Positions 12,951 to 26,689 of a DNA stretch of 64,000 nucleotides are shown in pieces. This DNA is from Octopus bimaculoides. Its lineage: Eukaryota. The DNA lies in assembly GCF_001194135.2 (NCBI RefSeq), contig NC_068989.1:48047052-48111051 (forward strand), written 5' to 3'. Made by a program: the position numbers and the translations under genes. Position 1 is the first letter of the stretch. Each line of letters starts with the position of its first letter. The notes beneath the pieces were generated by a model. It had not been told where the DNA came from. It was given only the letters and a program-made list of their open reading frames with translations, and ran no database searches.

Positions 12951-13859
12951 ATCATACTTCTTCTCAGGAATTCCAACAAAATATTTTACCACGGACTCCT
13001 CCATAACAGTAATTCTATACTAGCCTTCCTATAGTTGCATAAACATTCTAAAGCACTCATACATTTCAAGCAGTTCATAATTGCTATCGCATGATATAAG
13101 AGCAACTCTCCGATCCTTTAACGCTATTAACAGCGTTAGTATTCCCCACAAGAAAATAAAACAAACAAGAAAGCATAAATCCTGCCAAAGCAAGCTATGC
13201 GTTCCCTTCAACTTATTCCTTATGCAAGTATTCTGTCTTAAAGCCATTGTCAACCAATTACAAATTCTTTGCAAATATTTTCAATTTCTTTTCATTCTAG
13301 ATGTATTTTACATTAGTTTACAGTTTACATTATTCTTTGTAATAAGCAAATTAACTGGTTAGAAAATCTTTATAAGAGATGAAAGCAGTAACTATGTTGA
13401 GAACTAATGTTTAGCGCCACTTGAACATGGTTGCTCCGTAAGAACCTGCGTTACTACCATTTTAACCCCCAGCTGGTTAATCGATGCAATCTACACCCGA
13501 TATATATTGCAAGTAGAGAAGCGCACCCCTACCAACTTCCATCTTTGTTCGTTTCAAATTTAACGTTCTCGCTATCAAATGCACACCTTCCTCTTCTCTC
13601 TTACCACGATATATAGCTAAAATTCTCTCTCTCTTTCTCTCCCTCTCCACTCTCATACACACTCCCACACTCTCTCTTCTTTTTCTGCTTTTCCTGCTTC
13701 CACTCCTGCCTCTCCAAAAATATACACACCTTTCCTTGAATTATTTTTATCGTAATTAGAAAATGGAGAAGTTGTACTTCAAGTAACTGTAATAGCGAGT
13801 CATTTCAGTTTATATTAAAGATTTGTATGACACTGTTCTTCTAAAAGACTAATTTTCAC

Positions 13860-14130
13860 TCGTTGTTTGTACACATACGCGCGCACGCATACGCATACAC
13901 ATACGCAAGCATATATACATACATACATACATACATACGTACGTACGTACGTACGTACGTACGTACGTACTCACAAACATATACATACATACATGCATAC
14001 ATGCATGCATACATACATACGTACATACGTACGTATGTACGTACACACATATACATACATTCATACATACATACATACATACATACATACATACATACAT
14101 ACATACATACATACATACATACATACATAA
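13860..14130. repeat. Compound (CA)/(TACA)n/(TACG)n microsatellite
   Basis: Visible directly, including self-complementary (CGTA)n at ~13938-13969. Confidence 0.95.
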
Positions 14131-14309
14131 GCTTAGCCTTCACCAACTGACCTATATGACGTGATAGCTGGTACCACACCTTCGCTACTTACCTTCGCTG
14201 TTTATGCAGTTGCAACCAGACAGGCACCCTCTCGGCTCAGCTTCCCTTGAACTAGCTAGCATGTGACAGATAGAGAGAAAGATGACTGTACCAGCACTAG
14301 GTGAGTGCT

Positions 14310-14450
14310 CATTTGCAACAGAGCAGACTAGAGCAACATGCAATCGTGCATTTCTAAAAGACAGAACGTACAACTCAGTCTAGGAATCGAACCCACGACC
14401 TTAAAACCCTGAGCCTAACACTCTAATCATTCGACCACGCATTTCCACAC
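14310..14450 (-). mobile_element. tRNA-derived SINE family D, head and centre
   Basis: The reverse complement gives gtggtcgaatgattagagtg...ggttcgattcc...ttgctctagtctgctctgttgcaaatgag, similar to 6722-6860 and 61703-61860. Confidence 0.7.
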
Positions 14451-14660
14451 GCATATATGCACATATATACACACAAACGCATACAAACACAAACACACGA
14501 TATGTTCGCAAGTATGACTTTGCAATCAGACCTAAAAAAAGTATAGTATATTCTTTACAATCTACTGTACATATCAGCAGCACTAAAACAATGGAAAATA
14601 AAATTGTTAGATGTCATTGATTGGTCAGATCATGGATAACGTTATAAATACTTTCTGTAT

Positions 14661-14711
14661 TGTATTATGCTTCTAAATGTATTATGCTTCTACATGTATT
14701 ATGCTTCTAAA
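14661..14711. repeat. 3 x 17-bp tandem repeat
   Basis: tgtattatgcttcta(a/c)a repeated three times. Confidence 0.95.
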
Positions 14712-16308
14712 TTAACCATTAGGAAATTTGGTGTACGGCGACAAGTCGAGAAATGTTAGTTTGGCTAGAATTAGAATGGAAAGAGGGATTATGTGAAACT
14801 TATTTGAAAGAGAAAAGCTCACAAAGCGTAAACCACTTCTTAAACGTTGTTGCTCAACGTTTATGATTTCCCAGGTGATGTTCAAATTTGTTTCTGTTTG
14901 TTTTAATTCCTATATGTGTTTGGATAGTGATGCAGTGTTTTCGAAGTGACTATGGTAGAATGATTTATTGTAGTGGTGGACGTGAGGCAAATAGAGAGAA
15001 AGATGGAATATATATTAAGAGAGGGACGTAGCTGAGAGAAAGAGAAAATGAATAACATTTAAAATGGAAAGGAAAGTATATGATATAGGGAAACTATAGG
15101 AAAGAAGGAAGTAGTTGAGTTGCTACTGATGTGATACCGACAGTGAAAATATAGTGAGAAATAGAAGAAATAGGAAGAAATAATCAAAATTTAGAAAGAA
15201 ATTTAGTGCATCTGGAGGAAAGGTTAACGAGAAAATGAGAAACTGAGAAAGAAAGGAGAAAATAGATATTGAATCATGGACTATAGGAGTGAAAAGGAAA
15301 GATGAAAAGAAGAAAGTTCTGTGAAGAAAAACTTGGAAAATATATAAGCAAAAAGTATAAAGGCTTAAATAATGAAAATATAAAATAAGAAACAAATGTG
15401 AACGAATAAAAAGGGGATGGGAAGAAATCAGACTACAGTTAAAGAATGAAGGAAGAAATAAATATGAATGAAGAAAATATTGAGAATAAGGTAGAAAGAA
15501 AACATATGTGAAAGAGAAAAACATACTACAGAAGAAATAACGATAAACGAAAGTGAGAAATAAACATACGAATGAAAACAACGCAAAAAATATAAAGAAT
15601 AAAACAAAGAATAAATAAACGATGTTTGTCTGGCAAGAACAAAAGAATGGCTGCAAAAAACTAAAACGACTGGAAAAGACTCCAAAAGTGAAAGTAAAGT
15701 GTGTAGAATTGAGAGAAATATTCTTGTAATGTCTGTGAGTGTGTTGTTGTCCTGTAAATATTTTATTGATCTTCATATTACTTGGAATTGAGAGAAAATA
15801 ACAAATGAAGGCAAGAGAAACGACAAAAAATTTTTTTTAAAAGGCCAGAGAAGTTGATTTCACTAAGAAAAAAAATGCAAAAACAAATTAAGAAACAGAC
15901 AAAACATGTTGCGGCAATCTTTTAGAAACATGGTGGTCATATAAATTAAAGATTAATCGATGAATGCTAACAAGTGTAATGGCATATAATTTAGGTATTT
16001 AGATTGATGTTGCTGTGTTTTTTTTTGTTGGTGGGTTTGGTTTCTTCTGGTGGTAATGGTGGTAGTGGTGGTAGTAATGATGTTGATCATGGTGAGAGTG
16101 ATGGCGGTAGAGTTGTGGTGATCGTTATGGTGGTTGTGGTGGTGGTGGTGGTTGTGGGGGGTTGTGGTAGTGATGCTAAGGAATCAAAGGAGTGCCTATT
16201 CTATAGCAACATTAGGTTATAATAATTGAAAATAGAGAAGAGATAAATAATTCCTGTTTAAAACTTCGTAAACACCAGCTACATGCATACGAGTGTACAT
16301 TTATACAT

Positions 16309-16345
<37 letters not shown>

Positions 16346-16365
16346 CAGACACACACACACACACA

Positions 16366-16420
<55 letters not shown>

Positions 16421-17832
16421 ATACACGCACATACGTGTAGGCATGTATGTATGTATGTGTTTGTGTGAGTGTAAAGTGCAGTAAGAATGGAAGACTGATC
16501 AAATTATTTGTAAAGAAATTAGAATTGGCTGAAAACGACGTTAAATCGGAGAATGTGAGTATGGAGTAAATAGAAGAGGAATATTTGTTTTGCTGGTGTG
16601 ATTATATCGTGGGAGACAAACACTTTAAAGACCATTAAAAGAATAAGTCACTCTCGTAATAGACGTTAGGAAGTATGAACTGCTTGAAAGGTTTCAGTGA
16701 TGGATATACAGTTTTATATATATACACATACATGCGCAGACACACACATACACAAGCATATGCACACACATATATATATTATATGCATATAGATAGATGC
16801 ACGCATGCACGCATACACAGACACACACACACACTCACGCGCGCACGCACACATATATATATATGCATACAGGTATGTAATAGTTTTGTATTCGAGTATA
16901 AACCCCGTAGTATGCCGTTTAAAGCTGGTTCACAGTAATCGGTTACTTAATGTCAACAATAGTATGGAAGCATGTTGCTGCAATTCTACTGGAATTCTAT
17001 TTTTTTCTTTCATATCTTTATATATGTGTGTCTTTGTATGTGTGCATGTATTATGTGTGTATTTATGTATGTATGTATGTGTGCATGTATTATGTGTGTA
17101 TGTATGTATGTATGTATGTATGTATGTATGTATGTATCATTATTCAGTTTTATTTCAAGATTTCTTGCGAATAGATAAAGAGTCGGTTTCTAACCTAGAT
17201 CCAAGGCTCCTTCATTGGAATTTTAACAACATCAACAGGGTATTTTTGTATGTATGTATATATGCAGATTTGTATGTTTTGTTTTATGTATTTTCATGCT
17301 TATAGTTTCATGCTTAGACATGTTCATATATACTTAAATGATAAACTTCTGGAAAGTTTAACAGATTTTTACAATTCCACTGATGGCCTGGATCCGTAGT
17401 CTTCGAATCAGCTTTCTCCCTTCTGGTTTTAAGAAGCCTAATTTCTCTGAGTTAGATACCCCGATACCCTAATATGTATGTATGTATGTATGTATGTACG
17501 TATGTATGTATGTATCTGTGGAGAGCGTCTTAAATTAATGCTACTGTCTCAATACAAGTTTAAGCGTATGTTTAATTTTCCCGTCTACTGCAGAAAAGGA
17601 ATGCTGATAGCTGTGCTGAAGACGCCTATTGTTACAGAAACACTTGTCTGCAATTGCCCTTGCGTCTCCACACAATTATACTGTCTTTTTCTTAATGGCA
17701 TGTCTCAGTTTTGGAGAATTACTGATTCTTGAGATTATCAGTCGCTCTAACATGAAGTTTAGGATTGTTGCCACCAAACGATTATTTGACATTTCCTAGA
17801 AGAGTCGATGTGCTCATTAAATCGAGCATCTA

Positions 17833-19077
17833 CACAGATATGACGGAAGTGAATAGACAAAACATAAAACACTGTTTTATGTTTATTTAACTTGAAAAGA
17901 TTTACATTTTTTATCAACTGACATTTTTATGTTTCAAGCTCTTTATGTGATTGTTTAATCATGCCACGTACAAAAGAAGTTTTGGAACTGTCCGAATTTC
18001 AAAGAGGCCATATTGTGGGTCAATCTGAAGGTGGACTTAGCTAAGTGTAAAATTACAGAACACCTTGGGATCCCGCTTTCTACAGTTCATTGAGTAATTG
18101 TGCGATTCACCAGAGAGAGGAAGGAGTCAATATCATCTCACCTAGGTCAACCAGGTCCCTCTGACAACCCTTCGCTTTGTAAAGAGAAGTGTGGAGAATA
18201 ATCTTCGTTGCTAGGCTTCTGACATAGCACAGTTAGATGATGTCAGTCCCAGAACAGCTGTCAGGTCTCTCCACAAACTTGGCTACTATGGCAAAGCAGC
18301 AAGAAGGAAGCCATTTCTTCGGCCAGCCAATATCAAGCGGAGAAAAGTTTAGGCTAGTGAGATGGTAGAAAGGCCGCTAGCATTTGGGACACTGTTAACT
18401 TCTTTAATGCGTCTAGATTTGCTGTATTTTCTAACAATGGTCGAGCGCGGGTTTTGAGATTCTGTGATCAAGAATATGATGCGAAAAGATGGCAGCCAAC
18501 AATGAAATACGGTGGCTATTTTGTGATGGCCTGGGAAGCAATTTGGAGCAATGATGAATAGAGCTGGTGGAGTAGGAGGGAAATATAAACTCAGATAAAT
18601 ACGTGTTGATATAGCAGAAAGGACTCCTTCCAATCTTCTCTAGTACTGAAATGATTAAAGAAGACTCTTTATGGAAGACAGGACTCCTTATCACACGGCT
18701 AAAACGAGCCAAGTTTGGTTGGAAAAGAATAGCATTAAAATACTTCCATGATCAATCAATGCAGTCGTAAGATATGAACACTACTGAACACCGCTGGGGC
18801 ATAATGAACAAGACGCTTCCTAAAGAAGAAAGCATCCCCAAGCCAGATTTTTTGAGATCACTGCATGAAACTTGGCAAGAAATTCCTCAAGAGAATATTT
18901 GTCATCTGACCAGTAAGATGCCTAACAGGGTCTTTGCAATGAAAAATGTAAAGCGCATGTCTCCTAAATATTAAATATTCACATTATAATAATTAATAAA
19001 TAATTTGCATGTATAATTTCAGATTTAAATAAATTTTAATTATTATAAGTGTTCTATTTACTTCTGTCATGTCTGTG
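17833..19077 (+). mobile_element. Tc1-like DNA transposon, full-length and inactive
   Basis: ~27-bp imperfect TIRs CACAGAYATGACRGAAGTRAATAG flanked by TA at 17831-32 and 19078-79. ATG at 17961 gives MPRTKEVLELSEFQRGHIVG; the C-terminus has DMNTTEHRWG (like DLNPIEHLW). Stops and frameshifts are present. Confidence 0.9.
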
Positions 19078-19084
19078 TATGCTA

Positions 19085-20368
19085 TTAGGTCGCCAAGTAT
19101 GAAATTTGTAGTAAGGTATATGGTTAATTTTGACAGCTGCTAATTTTGCACCATTATTATATTTTGACAATCTTTATTTTTTGTTAGAAAGCTGACACAT
19201 CTATTTCTTTATTCTAACTCATTTTGCGATTTATAAAGTATTTATAAATCGTTTTTACTATTTTGGTTTAGAGATGGGTAAGTCGGAAATTCGTACAGTT
19301 TTGAAATGTGAGTTCTTTCTTGGAAATACAGCATCACAGACAGCTCGGAATATTAATGGAGTATTTCATTCTAATGCTGTTACACAGCAGACAGTATAAA
19401 ATTGGTTTGCAAAATTTTGTTCTGGTAACTTTGACCTCACAAATGAGCAACGTAATTGACCAGAAACAAAAGTTGATAATGACGAGCTGAAAGCCACCGT
19501 CGAGTCAGATCCATCACAAAATGCCCTTGAATTATTGTTGTTATTTGTTGTTAGCAAGCAAACAATATTGACTCATCTAGTTCAAATCGGTAAAGTGAAA
19601 AAGTTGGATAAGTGGGTTCCACATGAACTCAATGAAAATCAGAAACAGCAATGTTTGGAAGCCTGCATTATGCTACTTTCTCGTCACAAAAATGAATAAT
19701 TTTTTAATCGAACTGTAACATGTGATGAGAAATGGATCCAATACAACAACCGTAAACGTTCGGCACAATGGTTGGACAAAGACGAGCCACCAAAACACAG
19801 TCCAGAAAGCAAAATTCATCAAAAGAAGCTGATGGTGTGTGTTTGGTGCTCTGGCGCAGGTGTGATCCATTATGATTTCATTAAACCTGACTCATCAATC
19901 ACGGCCGAAGTATACTGCAGCCAACTGCACCAAATGATGCAGAAACTTACAAAAAAAAACAGCCTAGATTAGTCAACAGATCCACTCTTATTTTATTGCA
20001 AGACAACGCCGGACCACACATCGCAAATATGACATTGGCGAAACTACAGTTGGAGTTGAAAGTTAGCCATCGTCCACCATACTCACCTGATCTTGCCCCC
20101 ACTGACTACCACTTCTTCCAGAATTTGAATAACTTTTTGATAGGAAAATAATTCAATACCTACAATGCTGTAAAACAGGCCTTCCAAGATTTTATTGACT
20201 CTAGATTGCCAGGCTTTTACAGTTCTGGGCTGGACAAGCCACTACTGAAATGGCAAAAGTGTATTGACAATATGGTGCATACTTTGATGAATAAAACTAT
20301 TCCTTGTATTTATAAAACATTAGCAAACATTTTTTTATTTTCTACAAATTTCATACTTGACGACCTAA
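19085..20368 (+). mobile_element. mariner (DD34D) transposon, full-length pseudogene
   Basis: 27-bp TIRs TTAGGTCGYCAAGTATGAAATTTGTAG (1 mismatch) with TA on both sides. ATG at 19274; motifs WVPHEL, TCDEKW, LQDNA and PPYSPDLAPTDY are present, with several stops and frameshifts. Confidence 0.97.
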
Positions 20369-20525
20369 TATGTAGCATTTGATGTATATATCTATTTATG
20401 ATACTAGGCACTTCAAGTTATTTCTCGTAGCTCACGTTTATTCGTGGAAAGACTCAATGCTAGAATTAGCGTATTGGTGTCATATACATATATATAAAAA
20501 TTATTTTAACTAGGACTTTAAGTCT

Positions 20526-20675
20526 CGTCAGCCATCAACAGATCCACTCCTATTTTATTGCAAGACAACGCCAGACCACACATCCCCATTGGCAAAACTA
20601 CAGGAGTTGGAGTTGGAAGATCACCATCATCCACCATACCTGAACTTGTCTCCGCTGACTACCAATTCTTCCACA
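20526..20675 (+). mobile_element. mariner internal fragment
   Basis: Similar to 19970-20120 (LLQDNARPH ... ctgactacca.ttcttcca). Confidence 0.85.
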
Positions 20676-22180
20676 TGCCGCCACATTTTCAGTAAACCAT
20701 CAAGCAAAATGTGAAGTCTTAGTTACAACGAATTATATTCTATGCATGCATACATGCATGCATACATACATACATACATACATACATACATTCATACTTA
20801 AATCTACACGTATATACATATATAAGTGGAATCATCTATATGCGTTTATATTTATATGTGTGTCTATGTGTCTGTGTGATATATATATATATAACAGGAA
20901 TCAGTGTAAAAATACATTATGCAATATATATCGTAAACAATTTAAAATTACTTACGAATATATCAGTGGCGAGAACATACAATGAATTTTATTTTATTTT
21001 TTTTTTTCATAAAAGAGGAGTGTATAAAAACGAGTAATTCACAATTATAACCGAAAGGGTTAAAAAGACCCTTTCATGACTTCGAAATTGCAATGGAGGA
21101 CTAACATTTAAATTTTGAACTTTTATGTGAGGTCGCTCGCCGACAGCTTTAATGGTTGAGGAAATATAATATGAGTGTTTATAGTGGCTTTATAGCGTTT
21201 TGACTGCTATTTCTAGGCATGTAAGAGTTTTTATAACACTCTCCGTTATAAGTGTAACTTATTCACATTTATACACTCTTCTTTTATATACATATATATG
21301 TGTGTGTGTACGTATATATATATANNNNNNNNNNNNNNNNNNNNNNNNNNNNNNNNNNNNNNNNNNNNNNNNNNNNNNNNNNNNNNNNNNNNNNNNNNNN
21401 NNNNNNNNNNNNNNNNNNNNNNNNNNNNNNNNNNNNNNNNNNNNNNNNNNNNNNNNNNNNNNNNNNNNNNNNNNNNNNNNNNNNNNNNNNNNNNNNNNNN
21501 NNNNNNNNNNNNNNNNNNNNNNNNNNNNNNNNNNNNNNNNNNNNNNNNNNNNNNNNNNNNNNNNNNNNNNNNNNNNNNNNNNNNNNNNNNNNNNNNNNNN
21601 NNNNNNNNNNNNNNNNNNNNNNNNNNNNNNNNNNNNNNNNNNNNNNNNNNNNNNNNNNNNNNNNNNNNNNNNNNNNNNNNNNNNNNNNNNNNNNNNNNNN
21701 NNNNNNNNNNNNNNNNNNNNNNNNNNNNNNNNNNNNNNNNNNNNNNNNNNNNNNNNNNNNNNNNNNNNNNNNNNNNNNNNNNNNNNNNNNNNNNNNNNNN
21801 NNNNNNNNNNNNNNNNNNNNNNNNNNNNNNNNNNNNNNNNNNNNNNNNNNNNNNNNNNNNNNNNNNNNNNNNNNNNNNNNNNNNNNNNNNNNNNNNNNNN
21901 NNNNNNNNNNNNNNNNNNNNNNNNNNNNNNNNNNNNNNNNNNNNNNNNNNNNNNNNNNNNNNNNNNNNNNNNNNNNNNNNNNNNNNNNNNNNNNNNNNNN
22001 NNNNNNNNNNNNNNNNNNNNNNNNNNNNNNNNNNNNNNNNNNNNNNNNNNNNNNNNNNNNNNNNNNNNNNNNNNNNNNNNNNNNNNNNNNNNNNNNNNNN
22101 NNNNNNNNNNNNNNNNNNNNNNNNNNNNNNNNNNNNNNNNNNNNNNNNNNNNNNNNNNNNNNNNNNNNNNNNNNNNNNNN

Positions 22181-22216
<36 letters not shown>

Positions 22217-22758
22217 CGTATTCATGTACTTGTTAAGAGGATCCAGCGTGCCTGACGAAGAGATATCTAGATTGCAACACTATGAAACATCTTTTTTCCG
22301 TTTGATATTTTGGGGAATTATGTTGTTATGTAAGCAGTTCAGTTACTACAAATGTAAAACATGAATAAACAAGTCGATATGGTATGTGTAGACAGACGAT
22401 AGGTTTCATACGACAGAAACACTAATGCGTCCTCAGATGAGTATACAGTTACCTGTCTCATTTTTATTCGGCGAAAGTGTGATGATATTAATAAATAGAT
22501 ATTGCTCCATAGTAAAATATATAGAACTATATATATACACGCACAAGCATACATACACACATATATATATTAAGTATATGTATATACACATATACATACA
22601 TTTATATGTATATACATATATATACATTTATATGAATATATATATATGAATATATGTATGTCTATATATATATATGTGCATGCATGTATGTATGTGTATA
22701 TATATATATATCTGCATATATATATATATACATATATGTATATGTCTATATATACATA

Positions 22759-22901
22759 TATAGTGGTGTTGCAAAATTTGACTTGTGCATATTAATTTCC
22801 ATTATGCCCTTAATATTTTATCAAAACTTCATGCATCTGTTTGTAAAGTTTAGGAAGTTTTTAAAAATTGAAACCCGTAGTGACTTTTGTGACACCCTGT
22901 A
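22759..22901. mobile_element. Tc1-type MITE relic
   Basis: Imperfect inverted ends tatagtggtgttgcaaaatttgac / gtgacttttgtgacaccctgta (CAGGGTG-type TIR with TA). Confidence 0.5.
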
Positions 22902-24176
22902 CATATATATATTAATTTTGAAAGTGTTGAAAGTGACATTGAAGTTTCATATGACCTGCTGTCATTTTATATGCTTTACTTTGCATTTTCTGATGTTTTT
23001 ATAGTTTTTAACAACAGCAAATTTGGTCGTTGGATTAAGAAGATGATAATTTGATGTGGTGTACGTAAACAAGAGAACTGGTTGTACAAGAAGAGAGAAA
23101 TCCTTATAGACAATCCATCTGTCTTGATGACGGCGGATAATGCGAATCATCGAATTAATTTAAAAGACAATACAAATTTACTTTTCTAAAATGTACTAAG
23201 TGATCCTTCAAATTAATATTACATTACATTACTCATATATATATNNNNNNNNNNNNNNNNNNNNNNNNNNNNNNNNNNNNNNNNNNNNNNNNNNNNNNNN
23301 NNNNNNNNNNNNNNNNNNNNNNNNNNNNNNNNNNNNNNNNNNNNNNNNNNNNNNNNNNNNNNNNNNNNNNNNNNNNNNNNNNNNNNNNNNNNNNNNNNNN
23401 NNNNNNNNNNNNNNNNNNNNNNNNNNNNNNNNNNNNNNNNNNNNNNNNNNNNNNNNNNNNNNNNNNNNNNNNNNNNNNNNNNNNNNNNNNNNNNNNNNNN
23501 NNNNNNNNNNNNNNNNNNNNNNNNNNNNNNNNNNNNNNNNNNNNNNNNNNNNNNNNNNNNNNNNNNNNNNNNNNNNNNNNNNNNNNNNNNNNNNNNNNNN
23601 NNNNNNNNNNNNNNNNNNNNNNNNNNNNNNNNNNNNNNNNNNNNNNNNNNNNNNNNNNNNNNNNNNNNNNNNNNNNNNNNNNNNNNNNNNNNNNNNNNNN
23701 NNNNNNNNNNNNNNNNNNNNNNNNNNNNNNNNNNNNNNNNNNNNNNNNNNNNNNNNNNNNNNNNNNNNNNNNNNNNNNNNNNNNNNNNNNNNNNNNNNNN
23801 NNNNNNNNNNNNNNNNNNNNNNNNNNNNNNNNNNNNNNNNNNNNNNNNNNNNNNNNNNNNNNNNNNNNNNNNNNNNNNNNNNNNNNNNNNNNNNNNNNNN
23901 NNNNNNNNNNNNNNNNNNNNNNNNNNNNNNNNNNNNNNNNNNNNNNNNNNNNNNNNNNNNNNNNNNNNNNNNNNNNNNNNNNNNNNNNNNNNNNNNNNNN
24001 NNNNNNNNNNNNNNNNNNNNNNNNNNNNNNNNNNNNNNNNNNNNNNNNNNNNNNNNNNNNNNNNNNNNNNNNNNNNNNNNNNNNNNNNNNNNNNNNNNNN
24101 NNNNNNNNNNNNNNNNNNNNNNNNNNNNNNNNNNNNNNNNNNNNNNNNNNNNNNNNNNNNNNNNNNNNNNNNNNNN

Positions 24177-24239
<63 letters not shown>

Positions 24240-24305
24240 ATATAGGCTTATGTATTTGCCTTGCAAGATTCTTGATGTGAAATTGTGTGTTGAAGCAGAT
24301 ATTCA

Positions 24306-24514
24306 TATATTTGGGGATGGTCATTCTCAGAATGGGCTAAACAGAGCAGGTGTAGACACGTCGGAGCAAGATTCGTTGAAAAGGTTCGAGGATGTGTGAC
24401 GAAAGATATTAGACAAAGGCACTAAGATACGAATAATAATCATAAAGTTGAATGTAAGAACGAGTACATAGTGCGTGTAGTTAATTGACAAGAAAATGAC
24501 CATCCCCAAATATA
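24306..24514. repeat. 209-bp segment bounded by a perfect 20-bp inverted repeat
   Basis: tatatttggggatggtcatt (24306-24325) is the exact reverse complement of aatgaccatccccaaatata (24495-24514). Confidence 0.85.
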
Positions 24515-25624
24515 ACAATATAGAGATGTGTGTGTGTGTGTATGCATGCGTGTTAGTATACATATATTTATGTATGAATATGTATATGTTTGCATCTATC
24601 AATGTATTCACCTAGATATTTTGATATACATATGCAGTTATTTCAAACTGCATAGGTATTTAAATACATCCATAAAGACGTGGGCGCATTCAAAACATCA
24701 CACAATGAAAGTAAATACAGTTGGAGAGATGACAATCTCATTTGCCAGAATATCTAAGTAGACATATCTCAATTCTCTGTTTCAAGAGAAGGCTGCATGT
24801 TTCAGATATGTGCCCATATAGTATAAATGGGTGTATACGTGTATGCTTGTAGCGAATACATATATATTTGTGTGTGTGTGTGTGTGTATGTCTGCACGTA
24901 TGTATATNNNNNNNNNNNNNNNNNNNNNNNNNNNNNNNNNNNNNNNNNNNNNNNNNNNNNNNNNNNNNNNNNNNNNNNNNNNNNNNNNNNNNNNNNNNNN
25001 NNNNNNNNNNNNNNNNNNNNNNNNNNNNNNNNNNNNNNNNNNNNNNNNNNNNNNNNNNNNNNNNNNNNNNNNNNNNNNNNNNNNNNNNNNNNNNNNNNNN
25101 NNNNNNNNNNNNNNNNNNNNNNNNNNNNNNNNNNNNNNNNNNNNNNNNNNNNNNNNNNNNNNNNNNNNNNNNNNNNNNNNNNNNNNNNNNNNNNNNNNNN
25201 NNNNNNNNNNNNNNNNNNNNNNNNNNNNNNNNNNNNNNNNNNNNNNNNNNNNNNNNNNNNNNNNNNNNNNNNNNNNNNNNNNNNNNNNNNNNNNNNNNNN
25301 NNNNNNNNNNNNNNNNNNNNNNNNNNNNNNNNNNNNNNNNNNNNNNNNNNNNNNNNNNNNNNNNNNNNNNNNNNNNNNNNNNNNNNNNNNNNNNNNNNNN
25401 NNNNNNNNNNNNNNNNNNNNNNNNNNNNNNNNNNNNNNNNNNNNNNNNNNNNNNNNNNNNNNNNNNNNNNNNNNNNNNNNNNNNNNNNNNNNNNNNNNNN
25501 NNNNNNNNNNNNNNNNNNNNNNNNNNNNNNNNNNNNNNNNNNNNNNNNNNNNNNNNNNNNNNNNNNNNNNNNNNNNNNNNNNNNNNNNNNNNNNNNNNNN
25601 NNNNNNNNNNNNNNNNNNNNNNNN

Positions 25625-25666
<42 letters not shown>

Positions 25667-25924
25667 CAGGCCTTTTCCTTGATCCCCCTGAAAAATCAAT
25701 ATTTTTTTATCCGATGTCGTTTACGCTTGGAATATACATCACTTATGTTCCAGATATGGTCATAGACTCTTCAAATTTACCACATAATAAGTAATGTCAC
25801 CCTATGGGACGAAAACACATTCTAATTGGTAAATAACAAATACCACCGATCGTTGCTTGAAAGGACATTACTCTTGATGACGTAGTTATGCTGCTTTCAC
25901 TTCGTCTTCTACTACAGATTTTAT

Positions 25925-26164
25925 AATGCCTCTCCACTGCCAATTGCCGATATTTGCACATCAGCACTTCCGTTAGGTAGCCATGCAATTTAAATCAACT
26001 TTTAATTATTTTTTAACTTGTGACAGTTATACAGTTTTCACAATGCCCATTCACTACAAGCTGCCGATATTTGCATGTTAGCACTTCCTTGAAGTAGACA
26101 TGCAATTTAAATCAACTTTTATTTAATTTTTAAATAACTTAAGACAATTTTTAGCCAGAATGCC
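25925..26164. repeat. ~117-bp imperfect tandem repeat (two units) upstream of a Helitron-like ORF
   Basis: aatgcc..cact..tgccgatatttgca..agcacttcc..catgcaatttaaatcaactttta recurs at an offset of 117. Confidence 0.85.
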
Positions 26165-26305
26165 CCAAGGCTCAAACGTGTCAACCCTTCCTAAGGCTAT
26201 TGTGACAATTTTCAGAAATCACTCAGCAAACAGCAGTACGACAAACATCATTCCAGGCATTCGACTTAACCCCCTCTCTACCTTCACTTTGCAGATAACC
26301 GTGCA

Positions 26306-26689
26306 ATGCCACCTAGGAAAAAGAGAGCTCACATTGGCAGAGTGTCCCACGCTGCCGTCAAAACCAGAAGATGTCAGGATAACGAAATTCAAGACCAGAT
26401 GTTCCAGAAGGCTGCCTACGATGCCGCTGCTAATGCAGTACACGCACCTGCAACTTCTGCAACCGTTAAGGCTTCGTAGTCTGAAGAACTTTTGGATCAC
26501 CGAGTCAGTCATGCTGCAGCTGTTGCTGCAGCCAAGGCTACCGAGTCACCTCAACAACGGAGTATCTCGTTGGCGCGTCTTGCCAAAAATGCTTCAGCTG
26601 CAAGGGCTACAGTCTCTCCACAACAGTGCACATCCCAAAGGAAGCGTAATACTGAAATACAATACACATTTGACGCTTCCAAAAGCTAA
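26306..26689 (+). pseudogene. Helitron RepHel-like N-terminus with STPR-like repeats (one in-frame stop)
   Basis: MPPRKKRAHIGRVSHAAVKTRR...AS*SEELLDHRVSHAAAVAAAKATESPQQRSISLARLAKNASAARATVSPQQ. The ET/SPQQR..RL repeats are typical of Helitron N-termini. Confidence 0.65.

Noticed and set aside
15123-15776. 217-aa Phe/Leu-rich ORF resembling a membrane protein
   Set aside because: It is the reverse strand of an A/G-rich low-complexity tract, so the composition is an artefact.
22246-22295. Hammerhead candidate CTGACGA...GAAAC
   Set aside because: There is no stem I or stem II pairing. The same applies to the CTGANGA hits at ~245, 7089, 20525 (minus), 34547 and 50939.
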